Assembly (NCBI RefSeq): GCF_036321535.1
Contig: NC_087437.1
Location: 37,450,001-37,514,000 of the forward strand
Direction: 5' to 3'
DNA: 64,000 bases
Source of the DNA: Camelus dromedarius
Lineage: Eukaryota
The notes beneath the pieces are model-generated. The model saw only the letters and a program-made list of their open reading frames with translations, ran no database searches and had not been told where the DNA came from. The position numbers and the translations under genes were made by a program. Below, one piece after another: positions 51,047 to 64,000 of the stretch (position 1 is its first letter; each line of letters starts with the position of its first letter).

Positions 51047-51393
51047 AGACATAAATGTAAAACCTGAAACCATTAAACTCCTAAAAGAAAACATAAGCAG
51101 TATGCTTTTTGACATTGATCTTAGCTGTATTTTTTTTTTTTTTGGTCTCTGTCTCCTTAAGCAAAGGAAACAGAAGTAAAAATAAATTAATGAGATTATA
51201 TCAAACTTAAAAACTTCTGCACAGCAAAGAAAACTATCAATAAAATGAAAATGCAACCTACTGAATGGGAGAATATATTTGCAAACAATATATCTGATAA
51301 GGGGTTAATATCCAAAATATACAAAGAACTCATAAACTCAACACAAAAAACCAAAAATCTAACTAAAATAGGCAGAGGACCTGTATAAACATT
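51047..51393 (+). mobile_element. Internal L1 ORF2 fragment without 3' UTR or poly(A)
   Basis: AAATGTAAAACCTGAAACCATTAAACTCCTAAAAGAAAACATA...ACTTCTGCACAGCAAAGAAAAC...GGCAGAGGACCTG, which ends abruptly. Confidence 0.88.
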
Positions 51394-51689
51394 GCCATAT
51401 ATATTTTTTTAATTTGTGAGGCTGACAGCAATTTTTACTATATATTGCCTTAGGGAATTAATCTCTTTGTTGTAACTGTCTCTATTATTCTGAGGATCAG
51501 GAATGCAACCTTATGTCTGTGCTTTCTTACAAAGAAAATAATTCATTATATTGGATATAAATTTAAGACTAACAAATTCACTTGTCTGTTAAACTACAGG
51601 CAATTGAATGATAAAAGACAATAAAAAATGCACGGAGCTTTGTGGAAACACTACAGTAATTCAAGGCAACTTCAGTTTAGAGTATCGTT

Positions 51690-51755
51690 TTATCAGACCA
51701 GACTCATGGTCCATCCAACCTATTTCCTGTTTCTGAGAGATGGCAACAGGTACAA
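51690..51755 (-). mobile_element. Ancient CR1 (L3b/CR1_Mam-like) 3' relic
   Basis: TCAGACCAGACTCATGGTCCATCCAACCTATTTCCTGTTTCTGAGAGATGGC resembles the antisense CR1 3' end motif TCAGACC..GGTCCATCTAGCCCAGTATCCTGTCT..CAGTGGC. Confidence 0.55.
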
Positions 51756-54700
51756 CCATCTGAAAAGTTCATGAAAGACATCAAAGCTGGATTGCATACT
51801 GAAATTTCTAACTTATTAAACATATATTACAGCATCAATATTCATGAGCAGATCAAAATATTTCAAGCTAGTAAATTCGTATATTCAGAGAAAATGTACA
51901 GTTCAATTAGACCTTAAGGAAAGTGGGAAAACTTGTGGGTTCCCACAAACAGAGAAACATGGCAAAACATGGAAAGAAAACAGAATAAACTGTGGCCAGA
52001 TTTGCATTCTTTTACCCACACTACCAAAGACAACTGAATGTCTCATGGAGTGTGATCCTCTTCCAGTTTTCCCAAATAGGATCCCTATTTTAGTAGTCAT
52101 TATGATCAGACAATCTTTTTTGCAATGTAAACTGTAATTAGTTTAGGGTTCACATATGACTTAGTTCCTATCAGGAGAAAGTTTGAGTAGGAAGTTCAAA
52201 GATGACTGCATCACACTGAAAGGTGTCAATAAGTAGAAAATTGTGAGATGCGGAAAGAGTTAACTAGATCCTGCAAGTTGAAGACAACTTCTGCGATTCA
52301 CTGGCTTCTTGTGTGTTCCATTGTCTTCGGTAAGAATCAGTAGTTGTGTCCTCATTGTTCTGCCTGGCTTTCTCCAGCATCACTGTTTTGAAAAGGTAAC
52401 GAAACAACTCTCCTGGTGCTCTAAAGAGGGATTCAGATAGACCCTATGTCTAACCGGACATCGTGGACCTCGCCAGGGAAAAAAATATGTTCTGAAAGTA
52501 ATTTACAGTTTTCTGAGAGAATCCAATCAAGAAAAATCCCTAATGTTTTTCCTGAGAAGCTTAACAAAATCCTTCTGCAATTGATAAAAATAATGGGGGT
52601 CAACCACCCTAACCCAAGTGAATCATTTTCTTTCATGGCAATAAAATTTTTAAAAGTATAAAGCTACGAGTAGCACTCTGGGTTTTTTTTAATTTATTTA
52701 TAAACATAGCTTATGCACTTGTTGAGAATTTATAAACAGGAAACTAGATAGAGCTGGCCATATGTAACTGCCCTTAATATCTTGTTATAGCTCTTCTCCC
52801 TCTGCGTGTGTGTGTGTGTTTTCTGGGTGTAAGAAATGTATACATTGCGCAGAATCTCTTTTTTGTAAAAGCCACACTATTATTTAGCATATTAATGGTT
52901 CTGTGTTGTCCTACAATAAAGTAACCTATTTAACTTTGTTTTAACTGGTATTTTCTTAACATATTTAATTTAAATTTTAAAAAAACTTAACACTAGACAG
53001 AAAACACTGTTTCACAGATCACCAGTCAGCTAAATGTGGCTATAAATTCTTGATGATGATATGCTTTGCTCATATTCCTTCTTAAAGTGAATAAAGGACA
53101 TATCAGATTTGGTAGGATGTTGATCATTATAAACTGCATGGAAGCCTGCCTAGAATGTTTACTGCAGGAGCTGCTAAATTAGAGGTGAAGCTAAGGGGAC
53201 ATGAGGTGGTTCACAAGAAACATCTCTTGCAAGGAGTGTCCTAAGACTATTTCAGTCAATCTGTAAAATATGGATTGCAATGTTTTCATGAGAAAATTGT
53301 GACATTTATTTGTTAACTAGTTGAAACTTCGTATGTAGTTTGGTAACTTGAACCACTTAAAGTTACTATCTCTCAAATGAGGCCTTCTTGATTACATGCC
53401 TACTCTAAAGACTGAATAACTGATCTGAGCAATTAATTCACCTGGGGTGTTCCTCAATCTAACTAGCATGCGTGCACACGCACATACACTTGCAAACATG
53501 TGCACATACTAATGATACAGCACTGTCAATGCTGAAATATTTTTTTAAAAATCACAAACATCATAGGCCATTATAAGCATTTGAGTTTGTAATCCTTCCA
53601 GGGAAATCTTGTTAAGTGGAGTCTTCCTACTGACCTCCACATAGATTACTTTTTAGACTCTAGGCTCTAGACTATACTTTGGTTGCCTTTTAGTCAGGAA
53701 GCTCTCTCTGTTAACAAGATAATGGAGTTATAACACAGACATGATGACAGTGTAAACAACCTCTGAATGTCACTTCTTTGTTTAATATAAAAAATGTGTA
53801 CACGATTGCACCTCTAAAGCTATCCGGAAGACAATAAAGTAAAAATGAGAATTTGGGGGGAGGTTTACTGCAATATTTGATAGAAACAGTCTCACTGGTA
53901 TATGTGACCTATACGTCTTGATCTAAATTTATTTTTGGAAAGAAGAATGGTCAGTACTAACATATAATCTTCTTATTTCAATATGATGAAAATAAAATTT
54001 GAGGAATGTTTTAAAATTACACTCTTCAATTTAAAAGAAATCCTGTCACTAATCATGAGTCTAAATTTTGTGGTTAGCATTGTTTGAAACTATTTGAAAC
54101 TATCTTTATCAAGTGCAATTGTTGAAGGACATTGTCACTTTACTGAAATATAATGAATCTAAGATTGTAATTCTTTTCCATCTCTCAGGTTCTACTTAAA
54201 TTCATTCATCAAGAGCAAACAACTCTTAAAATGATATAACTGCTGGAAATAAAAATTATTACTGTTTTAAATAGGAAATGAGCTATTCTTCATTTTCCTC
54301 AGCCTTATGCACAGAATATGAGGAAATGAATCAAGTGCATAAGAAAATTCTGAATATACTTAAAACTGTATGCTTAATCTCTTTATCTTTAATAATCCAT
54401 GGGAATGCAGGCTGACAAAGTATTTGGTTCAATTTGATTTCATGTAAATAATGAAATTATGAGATTAGCTTCTTTCAGAGCCTATGAAATAAGGCAGTCA
54501 AGGCTCAATTATCACTGGAGTATTGGCTTTCTTATGAAACAACTTGGTCACTTTCTTATCACTCACTAACCCCCAACATGCAGCAGTCATTTGATAATTG
54601 CTGAGAGATCAGAACCCAGCTAATCTCTGCACTACAAGTCCTTATTTTGTTTTACTGGTGTCTGCTTTAAATTGCCTTTTTAATTTTACACAGAAAAATA

Positions 54701-55639
54701 AACCAAGTTTAATTTGAGACGTTCTTTAGTAGGAAATAACACACACTAGGCACATATGACCACTTAATATCTATCCATGATCCTTAAATGAGTGGTTTCC
54801 TTTTACTTAAATTCTAGGAATACTGAAACATCCACTGAAACATCCAACCTAGTTGCAAAGTACCATCCCACAGTTAAGTATAATAAACACTGTAGGTTAC
54901 TGGTTACACTGTTCTTTTCAGTTTGAAAGAAAAATTGTTTTAAAATATCATGTTGTCATAGTTTGATCAAAAAGGGGAGAGGTTAAAGTAAGACATAAAT
55001 CAAAAATCAAACATGGCTATTATGCTATTACTGTGTTCTGGAAAAATATTATGAAATGTATAATCATTGCAGAATAGAATAAAAAGAAATCATATCACAT
55101 AAATGAAACTGAAATGACTTAAGAAAGGTTAGAGAATTTTACTGAATTTTATAAAGCAGGCACAACAAAATTTTTCATTCATTCTCTCACTGGGAAACCA
55201 AACCTCTTAAGGTGGGAAAAAAGGCTAATGGAAACGTAACATAGAAGATGCTACCTTTTACTTGAAAAATCACATGCTTTTCTAGAGATGTGAACGACCT
55301 GTCATTTCAGGAAAAAAAATATATATATAGCTTTGGTCACATTTAATCAGTACATTTTTAAAACAGATATATTGTTCAGAATCTTTCAATCACAATAACA
55401 TAGCTAGAGAAAGTCTTGTTATTTAAATTGTTAAGTATTAAAAAACACTAATGAAAAAACAAACTGATACCTGAATTACCAGGAGAGTGTAAGAATTAAA
55501 TAGGAATTTAGAATACCCTTGTATAACTTTCAAGTGATAAAAACTCCTCAAAAAATTAGACTTGTAGCTGCTAAGCAATCAAGCTTTCTAGTCTAATAAT
55601 TTTTAGTCTAATAATAACTTTAATGTATGCACACCTTAA

Positions 55640-55785
55640 TCATTTTAAGGCACTTTCAATGTCTCTAGCGTTCATAACATTCTCTGAACTAAGTTCATTA
55701 ATATTTAACAAATGAAGAAACTGAGGCCATGTGAAAAGCTAGAGATGGAGCCAGTGTTGAAAAACAGTTTTTGGCTCCAGATCCA
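55640..55785 (-). mobile_element. MIR SINE
   Basis: ATTTAACAAATGAAGAAACTGAGGCC core. Confidence 0.7.
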
Positions 55786-55999
55786 CCAGATAGCTTCCAA
55801 ATTAGAAGAGTTAATTTTATCTTTATCTGTTCGTACCGTGAGGTGGGCTCCATGAGGTGGATTTTGTTTCTTATCTGGGGTATTGATTTCACAGTGGATT
55901 CAGTAAAAATTCATCTAGCTTTAATCATATGGTAGGTGCACTTTATGAAATTATATTATTCTTCAGAAAACAAACAAAAATTTTTTTAAAAATGGTATT

Positions 56000-56300
56000 T
56001 CTCTCCAGGACTGCCCTTTTCATTCAGAGTAAATGTTGCAGCATTTATTACCTACCCTACCCTATCCCTGCTGCTTTATTCTTTCTCCCCATTCCCTGCT
56101 TTATTTTTTTATCATATAATTTTTCACAATTTAATATACTATATATTTCACTCAATTTTTAATTTTTTTCTCTCTCCACTAGAATAGAAGGAACATCAGG
56201 CCAAGAATGTTTGTATGTTTAATTCAATGTTATATAATCCATGCCTGAAACATACTAGGTGCTCAATAAATACATAGTGAATAAGTGGATGAATCAATTA
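56000..56300 (+). mobile_element. L2a 3' end
   Basis: CTCTCCACTAGAATAG...TAGGTGCTCAATAAATACATAGTGAATAAGTGGATGAAT. Confidence 0.85.
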
Positions 56301-56419
56301 ACCAACAATGGAAAAATGCACACAGTTGCATTGCACTCAGGTACTGCATTCCCCTTGTGGTCCTACTACATCCTATGCAGACTTCTATGAAACCAATTCT
56401 CATATTTCACTGTACTATT

Positions 56420-57276
56420 TTTACTGAAAATTTTGAGATAACTGTATATTCCCTGAAGTTGTAAGAAGTAATACAGAGATGCCATGTACATTTTACTCAA
56501 TTTTCCCCAATAGTAACATTTTGCAAAACTATAATATTACAACCAAAATGTTGAAATTGATTAAATCCACTGACCTTACTTGTATTTCACCAATTTTATC
56601 TGTACTCATTTGAGTGTGTGTATGTATTTAGTTTGATACAATTTTATCACATATCTGTATGTTCATATATCCTCCACAGCAGTCAGGATACTGAACAGTC
56701 CATCACAAGTATCGCTCATGTTGCTCTTTTATAACCACAGCCCCCTCCCTCCCACTGGCAATCACTAATCTGTTTTTTATTTTAATCATTTATTATTTCA
56801 AAAATATTATATAAATGGAATAATATATTTTGTAACCTTTAGAAATTGGGTATTTTCACCCAGCATTATTCCCTGGAGTTTCATCCAAGTTGTTACATGA
56901 TTCAAGAGTTAGTTCCTTTTTATTGAGATATATATATATAGTTTCCATGGTATGCCCGTACATTAGCTAGTCACCTTTTAAAGAACATGTGGACTGTTTC
57001 CAGTTTTTGACTATTACACACAAAGCTGCTATGAACATTTGTGTACAACTTTTGTATGAACACAAGTTTTCATTTCTGTAGGATAAATTCCCAGGAGTAT
57101 AAATGCTGGGTCATAGGGTAATTACATGTTTAGTTGTATAAGGAACTCTCAATTTTTCTACCGTGGCTGAACTGTTTGCCTTCTCACCAGCAATGTATGA
57201 GTGATACCATTTTTTCACATTCTTGACAGCATTTTGTATTGTCACTTTTTTTAGCCATTCTGAGAGGTGTGTAGTC
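56420..57276 (-). mobile_element. L1MC/L1MD-like 3' end inserted into an L2
   Basis: GTTGTAAGAAGTAATACAGAGA...CCCCAATAGTAACATTTTGCAAAAC...AAAGCTGCTATGAACATT...TTAGCCATTCT. L2-like sequence lies at 56340-56420 and resumes at 57280. Confidence 0.9.
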
Positions 57277-57279
57277 TTT

Positions 57280-57470
57280 TTTTGTTTGTAAGATGGTTTC
57301 TCTTTTTCTAGAAATATTTTGGATCTGAAAACCAACATTTGTATTATCCATTTCTATAATTCCAGTACCTAACATACCATCTGGCATATAATGGGTGCTT
57401 GATAAATATTTTTTGGATAGATATTTTTGGATAAATATTTATTGGATAAATAAATAATAAATTAATGGAT
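57280..57470 (+). mobile_element. L2 3' end
   Basis: CCAGTACCTAACATACCATCTGGCATATAATGGGTGCTTGATAAATATT. Confidence 0.75.
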
Positions 57471-58418
57471 TAAAGCACTTTTTTATATTCTAAAATTTTA
57501 AAGTCCACCATATTTAGATATTATACTAACACAAAAAATGATAGCTAAAAATAAAATCTATACTGTAATTAAAATGAGCTATCACACATACAACTAAAAC
57601 AAGGAGATATTTCCATTATAGTGATTAAATTTCATGAATATATTGCTTGAAATTATGATATTATCAGCTGATTAAATTTCTGAAGGCATTCACTGCATTA
57701 TAAGTATGTGGTGAAAAAATGGTCTCTGAAAACTTACTGATATGATTTCACAATGCAAAGATTATCCCAGAACAATCATTGTAGTTATTTCACAATAGAA
57801 TTCTTATTGAAACTGAGCATACTGTAAGTGAGCATTTTTAGAGAAGATAACATTTCATCATGAAAAATTATGGCAGCATATACTATATTAGTAAAAATAA
57901 CATTTTCACCTCCCTTCACAAATCAGGTCAGCTATTATATTATCACATCAAATTACTATAGGCTCCATACACAAAAACCTTTCTCAGTATTAGATGAGAA
58001 AATAGAATTTTACATTTAGTATTCATTTTGCACAAAATACTCTTATTATCCAAAAATATGAATTGGTATGGAGTATGCAGTGAACCAGCTGAACTCAAGG
58101 TTTCATTTCTTTTTAATTTAGGGGGGAAGAAATATGAAAGGCTCAAAATGAAATTACTTCATCAGAATTCACATTTGATTTTCATCTTTTCAGCTACCCA
58201 GCTGCATCAATGCTCAACTGACTATACTCCCAGCTGCATTATTCAAGGAAGTTATTCAAGAAGGAATACTTGCAACATGTGTTGTACTGAGTAGCAAGCT
58301 AATTAAAAGAAATTTACAGCTGGATTTTTAGAAGCTTTGATCTTAATTGTGATGTGCTGAAAATGCTTGTTGGTTGGATTTTGCTCTTTATACCCTAAAT
58401 CAGAAAGTCTTCCCTTGT

Positions 58419-58618
58419 NNNNNNNNNNNNNNNNNNNNNNNNNNNNNNNNNNNNNNNNNNNNNNNNNNNNNNNNNNNNNNNNNNNNNNNNNNNNNNNNNN
58501 NNNNNNNNNNNNNNNNNNNNNNNNNNNNNNNNNNNNNNNNNNNNNNNNNNNNNNNNNNNNNNNNNNNNNNNNNNNNNNNNNNNNNNNNNNNNNNNNNNNN
58601 NNNNNNNNNNNNNNNNNN
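58419..58618. other. Assembly gap (200 N)
   Basis: Run of exactly 200 N. Confidence 1.
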
Positions 58619-59851
58619 AGAGGGAGAAAGGTATACACGGAGAGAGAAGAGAGCAGCCTTGGGGTTCTATATGGATTGCAAAGAACCAGTTCAGAACACA
58701 CAGAAATATATTTCCAGTGCTTCTTAGAGTGATAGGGAACTTTTTTCTCCATATTTTTAGAGTCCTACATTGCAGGTTTACCTTTATGGAGCATGTGGGA
58801 GAGGAAAGGACCTTGGTTTAGCCTATTTTTCTGATAAAACTTTGTTTATTCAGCTTTCTGCCCTTCTGAAACCAACATATTTTTCCATCAACTCAACCAA
58901 CTTTCTTTCTCTTTCTCTCTCACATCTAACCCTTTCCCCCTCCTCCCCAGTGGAGAGGAAGTGATATACTCCATTCCCTACCAAGAAAATTCCCTACTTG
59001 CTGACCTACCAGTATAAACTCCAAGGTTTGTGTGTTAGCAGAGGTTGGGCCTTCTGCAGGTTAATCAATTGCCTGAAAAACAGCATCACCTGCATGCTTT
59101 CCTGTCATACTTTGACTGCACAGTAACTGCCAGAACAGTCTTCTCTATGAACAAGAATATGTGAGGGCATTGTGCATAGAGAAAAATGCATAGTAGACAA
59201 TATAGGGGTTTACAAAACATGTATCATGAATATTTTTAGAGTTAAAAAGGGACTTCATCACTTTGCCCAATAAATGCATTTTACTCATAAAGAAAGAAGG
59301 TTTAGATAGGTTATATTCAATAAGCATTTTCTATGGAATCTCTCCTAGATCACAATGAGAAATAGTAAGAACGGTAACACTACATTTTGTTTCTTAACTT
59401 TCATTGTTCTGCTGTTTTCACAATTTATTCATTTTTCTGAGTATTTTATTATCACATGGCTGCTTTTATTCCTTTAATATAAATCATTGCTTATATCCAT
59501 AAATTTCATCAGGTACCTGTGATTCAACATTCTTTTATAATTTTATGGAAGAGAATCCAAAGCAATTCTACATAAGCCATTGTAAATTGAAGCTATCCTC
59601 CAAAATCTATACAAAGAACCATGCCTTCCTCTACAGTATTGCTAATACTACCCAACACTAATGAGTAGAACTCCAACTGAAATAAAACTCTGACTTTTTC
59701 CCTCAACAATATGATTCAATAATTCTTTGAACTCTACTTTAGAAATAATTCGGTAAATTTTCAGTAAGAATACTCCTCTAATTTTTCACACTTACAGGAA
59801 CGTGTGCGATTTAATTATGATAACTCAATTTACCTAAAAGATTGATTGCCA

Positions 59852-60814
59852 AACTCTTAGTTTCATTGATTTTTTCCCTATTGCTTTGATATTTTTTAGT
59901 TCATTTATCTCTGGTCTAATCATTATAACTTCCTTCTGCTGGCTTTGAAGCTAGTTTGTCCTTTTCCTAGTTCCTGAAGGTGTATCTTAGGTTGCTTATT
60001 TGAGGTCTTTTTTTTAATGAATGCATATCATTGTAAACTTCCCTCTCAGTACTGGTTTTGCTGCATTCTGTAAGAGACGGTATGTTGTATTTTCATTTTT
60101 CATTGTCTCAAGATATTTTCTAACTCCCCTTTTGATTGCTTTTTTGATCCACTTGCTATTGCAAGTGTGCTGTGGAAATTATCCATATATTTGCGAATTT
60201 TCCAGTTTTCTTTCTGACATTGATTCTAGTTTCATTCTGCTATGGTCACTAAACATATTTGGTATGGTTTCAACTTTCTTAAATTTATTAATACTTGTTT
60301 TATGACCCAATGTAATATATCCAAAGAATGTTCCATATGCTTTTGAGAAGAACGTATATTCTGCCAGTTGGGTAGAATGCTCTGTATATGTCTGTCATAT
60401 TCATATGGTCTATAGTGTTGTTCAAGTCCACTGTTTCTTTGTTGATTTTCTGTCTGGTTGCTTTATCCATTATTGAAAGTGAAATATTGAGGTCTCCAAC
60501 TATTTTTGTATTACTATGTATTTCTCCCTTCAGTTCTGTTGATGTTTGCTTTATACATTTAGTTGCTCTGATGTTGGGTGTACATATATTTATAATCATT
60601 ATATCCTCCTGAAGAATGATTCTTTTATCATTGTATAATGCCTTTATTTGTCTCCTGTGACAGTTTCTTACTTAAGTCTATTTTGTCTGATATAAGTACA
60701 GCTTCCCCTGCTCTCTTTTGGTTGCTGTTTCTATGGAATATGTTTTTTCATACATTCACTATCAGTCTATGTGTGTCCTCAAATCTAAACTGAGTTTCTT
60801 GTAGACAGCATATA
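59852..60814 (-). mobile_element. Inverted 5' segment of L1 (ORF2 endonuclease region)
   Basis: ORF 60300-60599 (-) INICTPNIRA...KIVGDLNISLSIMD...DIYRAFYP is the L1 APE endonuclease. Confidence 0.92.
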
Positions 60815-63720
60815 CAAAATTTACAAACTGTTAGCTAGACTAAGAAAAAAATATAAAGTTAAATAAAGTCAGATACAGAAGATGAGACATTAAACTGATG
60901 CCACAGAAATAAAAAGGATCATAAAAGACCATGATAAGCAATTATACAACATACTGGATAACCTAGAAGAAATGGACAAATTCCTAGTTTCATACAACCT
61001 AACAAGACTGAAACATGAAGAAACAAAATCTGAGAAATTACTTATAAGGAGATTGAATCAGTAATCAAAGTTTTCCCAGCAAAGAAAAGTCTAGGGCCAG
61101 ATGGCTTCACTGGTGAATTCTACCAAACATTTAAGAAAGAATTAATGCTCATCCTTCTCAAATTCATCTGAAAAAAACTGAAGTGGAGAGAATACTTCCA
61201 AATTCATTTTAAGAGGTGAATATCACCCTGCTGCCAAAGTCAAAGACCCCACAAACCCCCCTCCCCCTAAAAAAAACCTACAGAACAATATCTGACAAAT
61301 ATAGATGCAAACATGCTCAATAAAATACTAGCAAACCACATTTAACAGCACATTAAAGGGATCACACACCATGAGCAAATGGGATTTCCCTGTGAGGAAA
61401 GGATTATTCAACATACAAAAGTCATAGACTGTGATATAGCACATTAACAGAATAAGTGATAAAAATCACATGATCATCTCAACAAAAATGCAGAAAAAAT
61501 ATTTGACAAAATTCAACTCTTTCATGATAAAAACTCTTGATAAACTAAGAGAAGGAAATTACCTCAACATAATAAAGGACATACATTAAATTCCCAAAGC
61601 TAATATCATGTTCATTCAGGAAAAATTTTCAGCTTTTTAGTTCAGATCAGGAAGAAGGCAAGGATGCTCACTCTTGTCACTTCTATTTAACACAGTACTG
61701 GCAGTCTTAGCCAGAATAACTAGGCATGAATAGGAAAAAAAGCATCCAAATCAGAAAGGAAGAAGTAAAAGTGTCCCTGTTTATAGATGATGTGATCTTA
61801 TATGTAGAAAACACCAAAGAACACACACACACACACACACACACACAATTAAACATTAGAACTAATAAATGAATTCAGCAAAGTTGTAAGATACAAAATC
61901 AACATGCAAAAATCAGTTACATCTCTATACACCAACAATAAACTATCTGAAAGGAAAATTAGGAAAATAGTCCCATTTACAACAGCAACAAAAATAATAA
62001 AATACTTAGGAATAAACCTGATTAATGAGGTGAAAGATCTGTACATTGAAAACTATAAAGCATTAATGAAAGATATTGAAGAAACAAATAGGAAGATAAA
62101 CCATGTTCATGGACTGAAAGAATTAATACTGTTAAAATGTCCATAGTACCAAAGGAATCTACAGAGTCAGTGAAACCCCTATCAAAATCCTAATAGCATC
62201 TATTACAGAAATAGAAAAAAACATTTCAGAGTTCATTTGGAAATGTAGAAGTCCCTGAATAGCCAAAATCATCTTGAGAAAGTAGAACAAAGCTGAAGGC
62301 ATCACATTTCCTGATTTCAAAAATTTATTACAAAGCTACAACAATTAAAACAGCATGATCTTTCCATAAAAACAGACACACAGGCCAATGGCTCAGAAAT
62401 CAATCCACACATATATAGTCAGTTGACCTTTGACAAGGGTGCCAAGAATACACAATGGAGAAAGTATAGTCTCTTTAACAAACTGGATATTCACATGCAG
62501 AAGAATTAAATTAGAGTCTTATACTATAGACAAAACTCAACTCAAAACTGACTAAAGACTTAAATGTAACACCCAAAACTGCAGAGGTATTCAGAGGAAA
62601 AAAATATAAGGAAAAATCTTCATGACATGGATCTTGGCAAAGATTTTATGGCTGTGACACCAAAACATAGGTAAAAAAAACCCCAGAATACACCAGTGAG
62701 ACTACATCAGACTAAAAAGATTTTGCACAGAAAAGGAAACAATCAACAAAGTGAAAGGGCAACCTAGAGAATGGGACAAAATATTTACACACCATGTATT
62801 GATAAAAGCTGAATTTTGAAAGTATATAAGGAAGTCCTACAACTCAATAAACACTAATAACACAGAAAATGGGCAAGGACTTGAAGAGACATTTCTCTAA
62901 AGAGCACAGACATATGACCAACAGGTAGATGAAATGATGCCCAATATCACTTATCATTAGGGGCACACAAGTAAAAACCATAATGTTGTATCATCTCACA
63001 TATGTTAGTATGGATACTATCCAAAAAAAAACCCCAAAGAATAACAAGTGTTGGTAAAGATGTGGAGAAATTGGAATCCCTGTACACTGTTGATATCAAT
63101 GCAAATGGTGCAGCCACTAAGAAAAACAATATTAAGAGTCTACAAAAAATTAAAAATAGATCTACCATACGATCCAGAAATCCAATTTTCAGGCATTTAT
63201 CCCAAAACACTTGAAATCAGGATCTTGAAGAGCTATTTGAACTCCCACATTTGTTGCTGCACTATTCACAAGAGTAAAGATGTCAAAATAACCTAAATGA
63301 CCATTGATGGATGAATTGATATAGAAAATGTGGTATATACAAACAAAGGAATTCTATTCAGTCTCTAAAAAGAAGGAAATCCTGAAACACGGGGCAACAT
63401 GAATATACTTAAAGGACATTATGCTGGGTGAAATCAGCCAGTCATAGAAGGACAAATACTGCATGATTCCACTTATGTGAGGTATTTAAAACAGTCAAAC
63501 TCATAGAATGTGAGAGTTGAGTGGTAGTTGCCAGGGACTGGAGTTCCAAGGGTAATTGGGAGTTGCTATTCAATAGGCATAAAGTGTTGATTATGTAAGA
63601 TGAATAAGTTTTAGTGATCTGCTCTACAACATTGTCCCTAGGGTGAAGAATGCTGTACTGTAAACTTAAAATGTTGAGAGTAAATGTCATGTTAAATATT
63701 CAATAAAATAAAAATTTTAA
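60815..63720 (+). mobile_element. L1 (L1MA10/L1MB1-like) ORF2 RT/C-terminal region, 3' UTR and A-tail
   Basis: Continuous L1 ORF2 homology, including GGGCCAGATGGCTTCACTGGTGAATTCTACCAAACATT ([13 protein letters not shown]) and FIDD at 61780-61791 (degenerate FADD). The 3' UTR ends GTAAATGTCATGTTAAATATTCAATAAAATAAAAA. Confidence 0.95.
61821..61846. repeat. (AC)13 microsatellite inside L1
   Basis: Perfect AC run seen directly. Confidence 0.95.
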
Positions 63721-64000
63721 AAAATAATTATTGCTTGGATTAAATAAAATAAAATGTAAATTGCTTAACAGAGTAACTGAAACAGGTTGGTATTTAGAAG
63801 TAAATAAATTTGATTTAATATGGTTTGATATAGAGAATTAGAATATAAGCCATCACTTTTTTAAGGAAAGCATTCAAAATGAATTATTGGTCAAAGTGGT
63901 CATTAAATCAGAGTGCCGAATTTCTTTTAGTTATATAGTTAATCAGTATAAAACTTACATTAACAGCTTCATCTTCAGTTAGACTTTCATCTATTGTCAC

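Noticed and set aside
58303..58752. Three long ORFs in the track
   Set aside because: Artefacts of translating through the N gap.
60021..63690. Cluster of ORFs as an active retrotransposon
   Set aside because: Old L1 with many stops and frameshifts, a degenerate RT motif, no ORF1 or promoter and an inverted 5' part.

Overview
AT-rich, CpG-depleted eutherian genomic DNA with no recognisable host protein-coding exon, RNA gene or CpG island, so it is either intergenic or deep inside a long intron. The youngest L1 3' end (1036-1350) looks, from memory, like a camelid L1. I saw no Alu, B1, SINEC, ERE, PRE1 or Bov-tA/BovB copies, so a camelid source is a tentative inference. Much of the window is transposable-element debris of many ages: L1, L2, MIR, CR1/L3, MaLR/ERVL LTRs, Tigger and hAT MITEs, and two well-delimited solo LTRs with target-site duplications (TSDs). 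There is also a heavily deleted class I ERV provirus (gag/RT-connection/RNase H/integrase relics, 31228-33410, - strand) and ERVL gag and integrase/dUTPase relics facing each other (22690-24190). A 5'-inverted (twin-primed) L1 spans 59852-63720, and a 200-N assembly gap lies at 58419-58618. The ORF track is essentially spurious or TE-derived. I found no convincing novel biological system. The items most worth follow-up are two unclassified inserts inside old L1s, the convergent ERVL relics, a few splice-motif candidates (3-nt microexon, recursive splice site, 82-nt exon) and an odd LTR 3' end. All repeat family names were assigned by eye from remembered consensus features and need Dfam/RepeatMasker confirmation.
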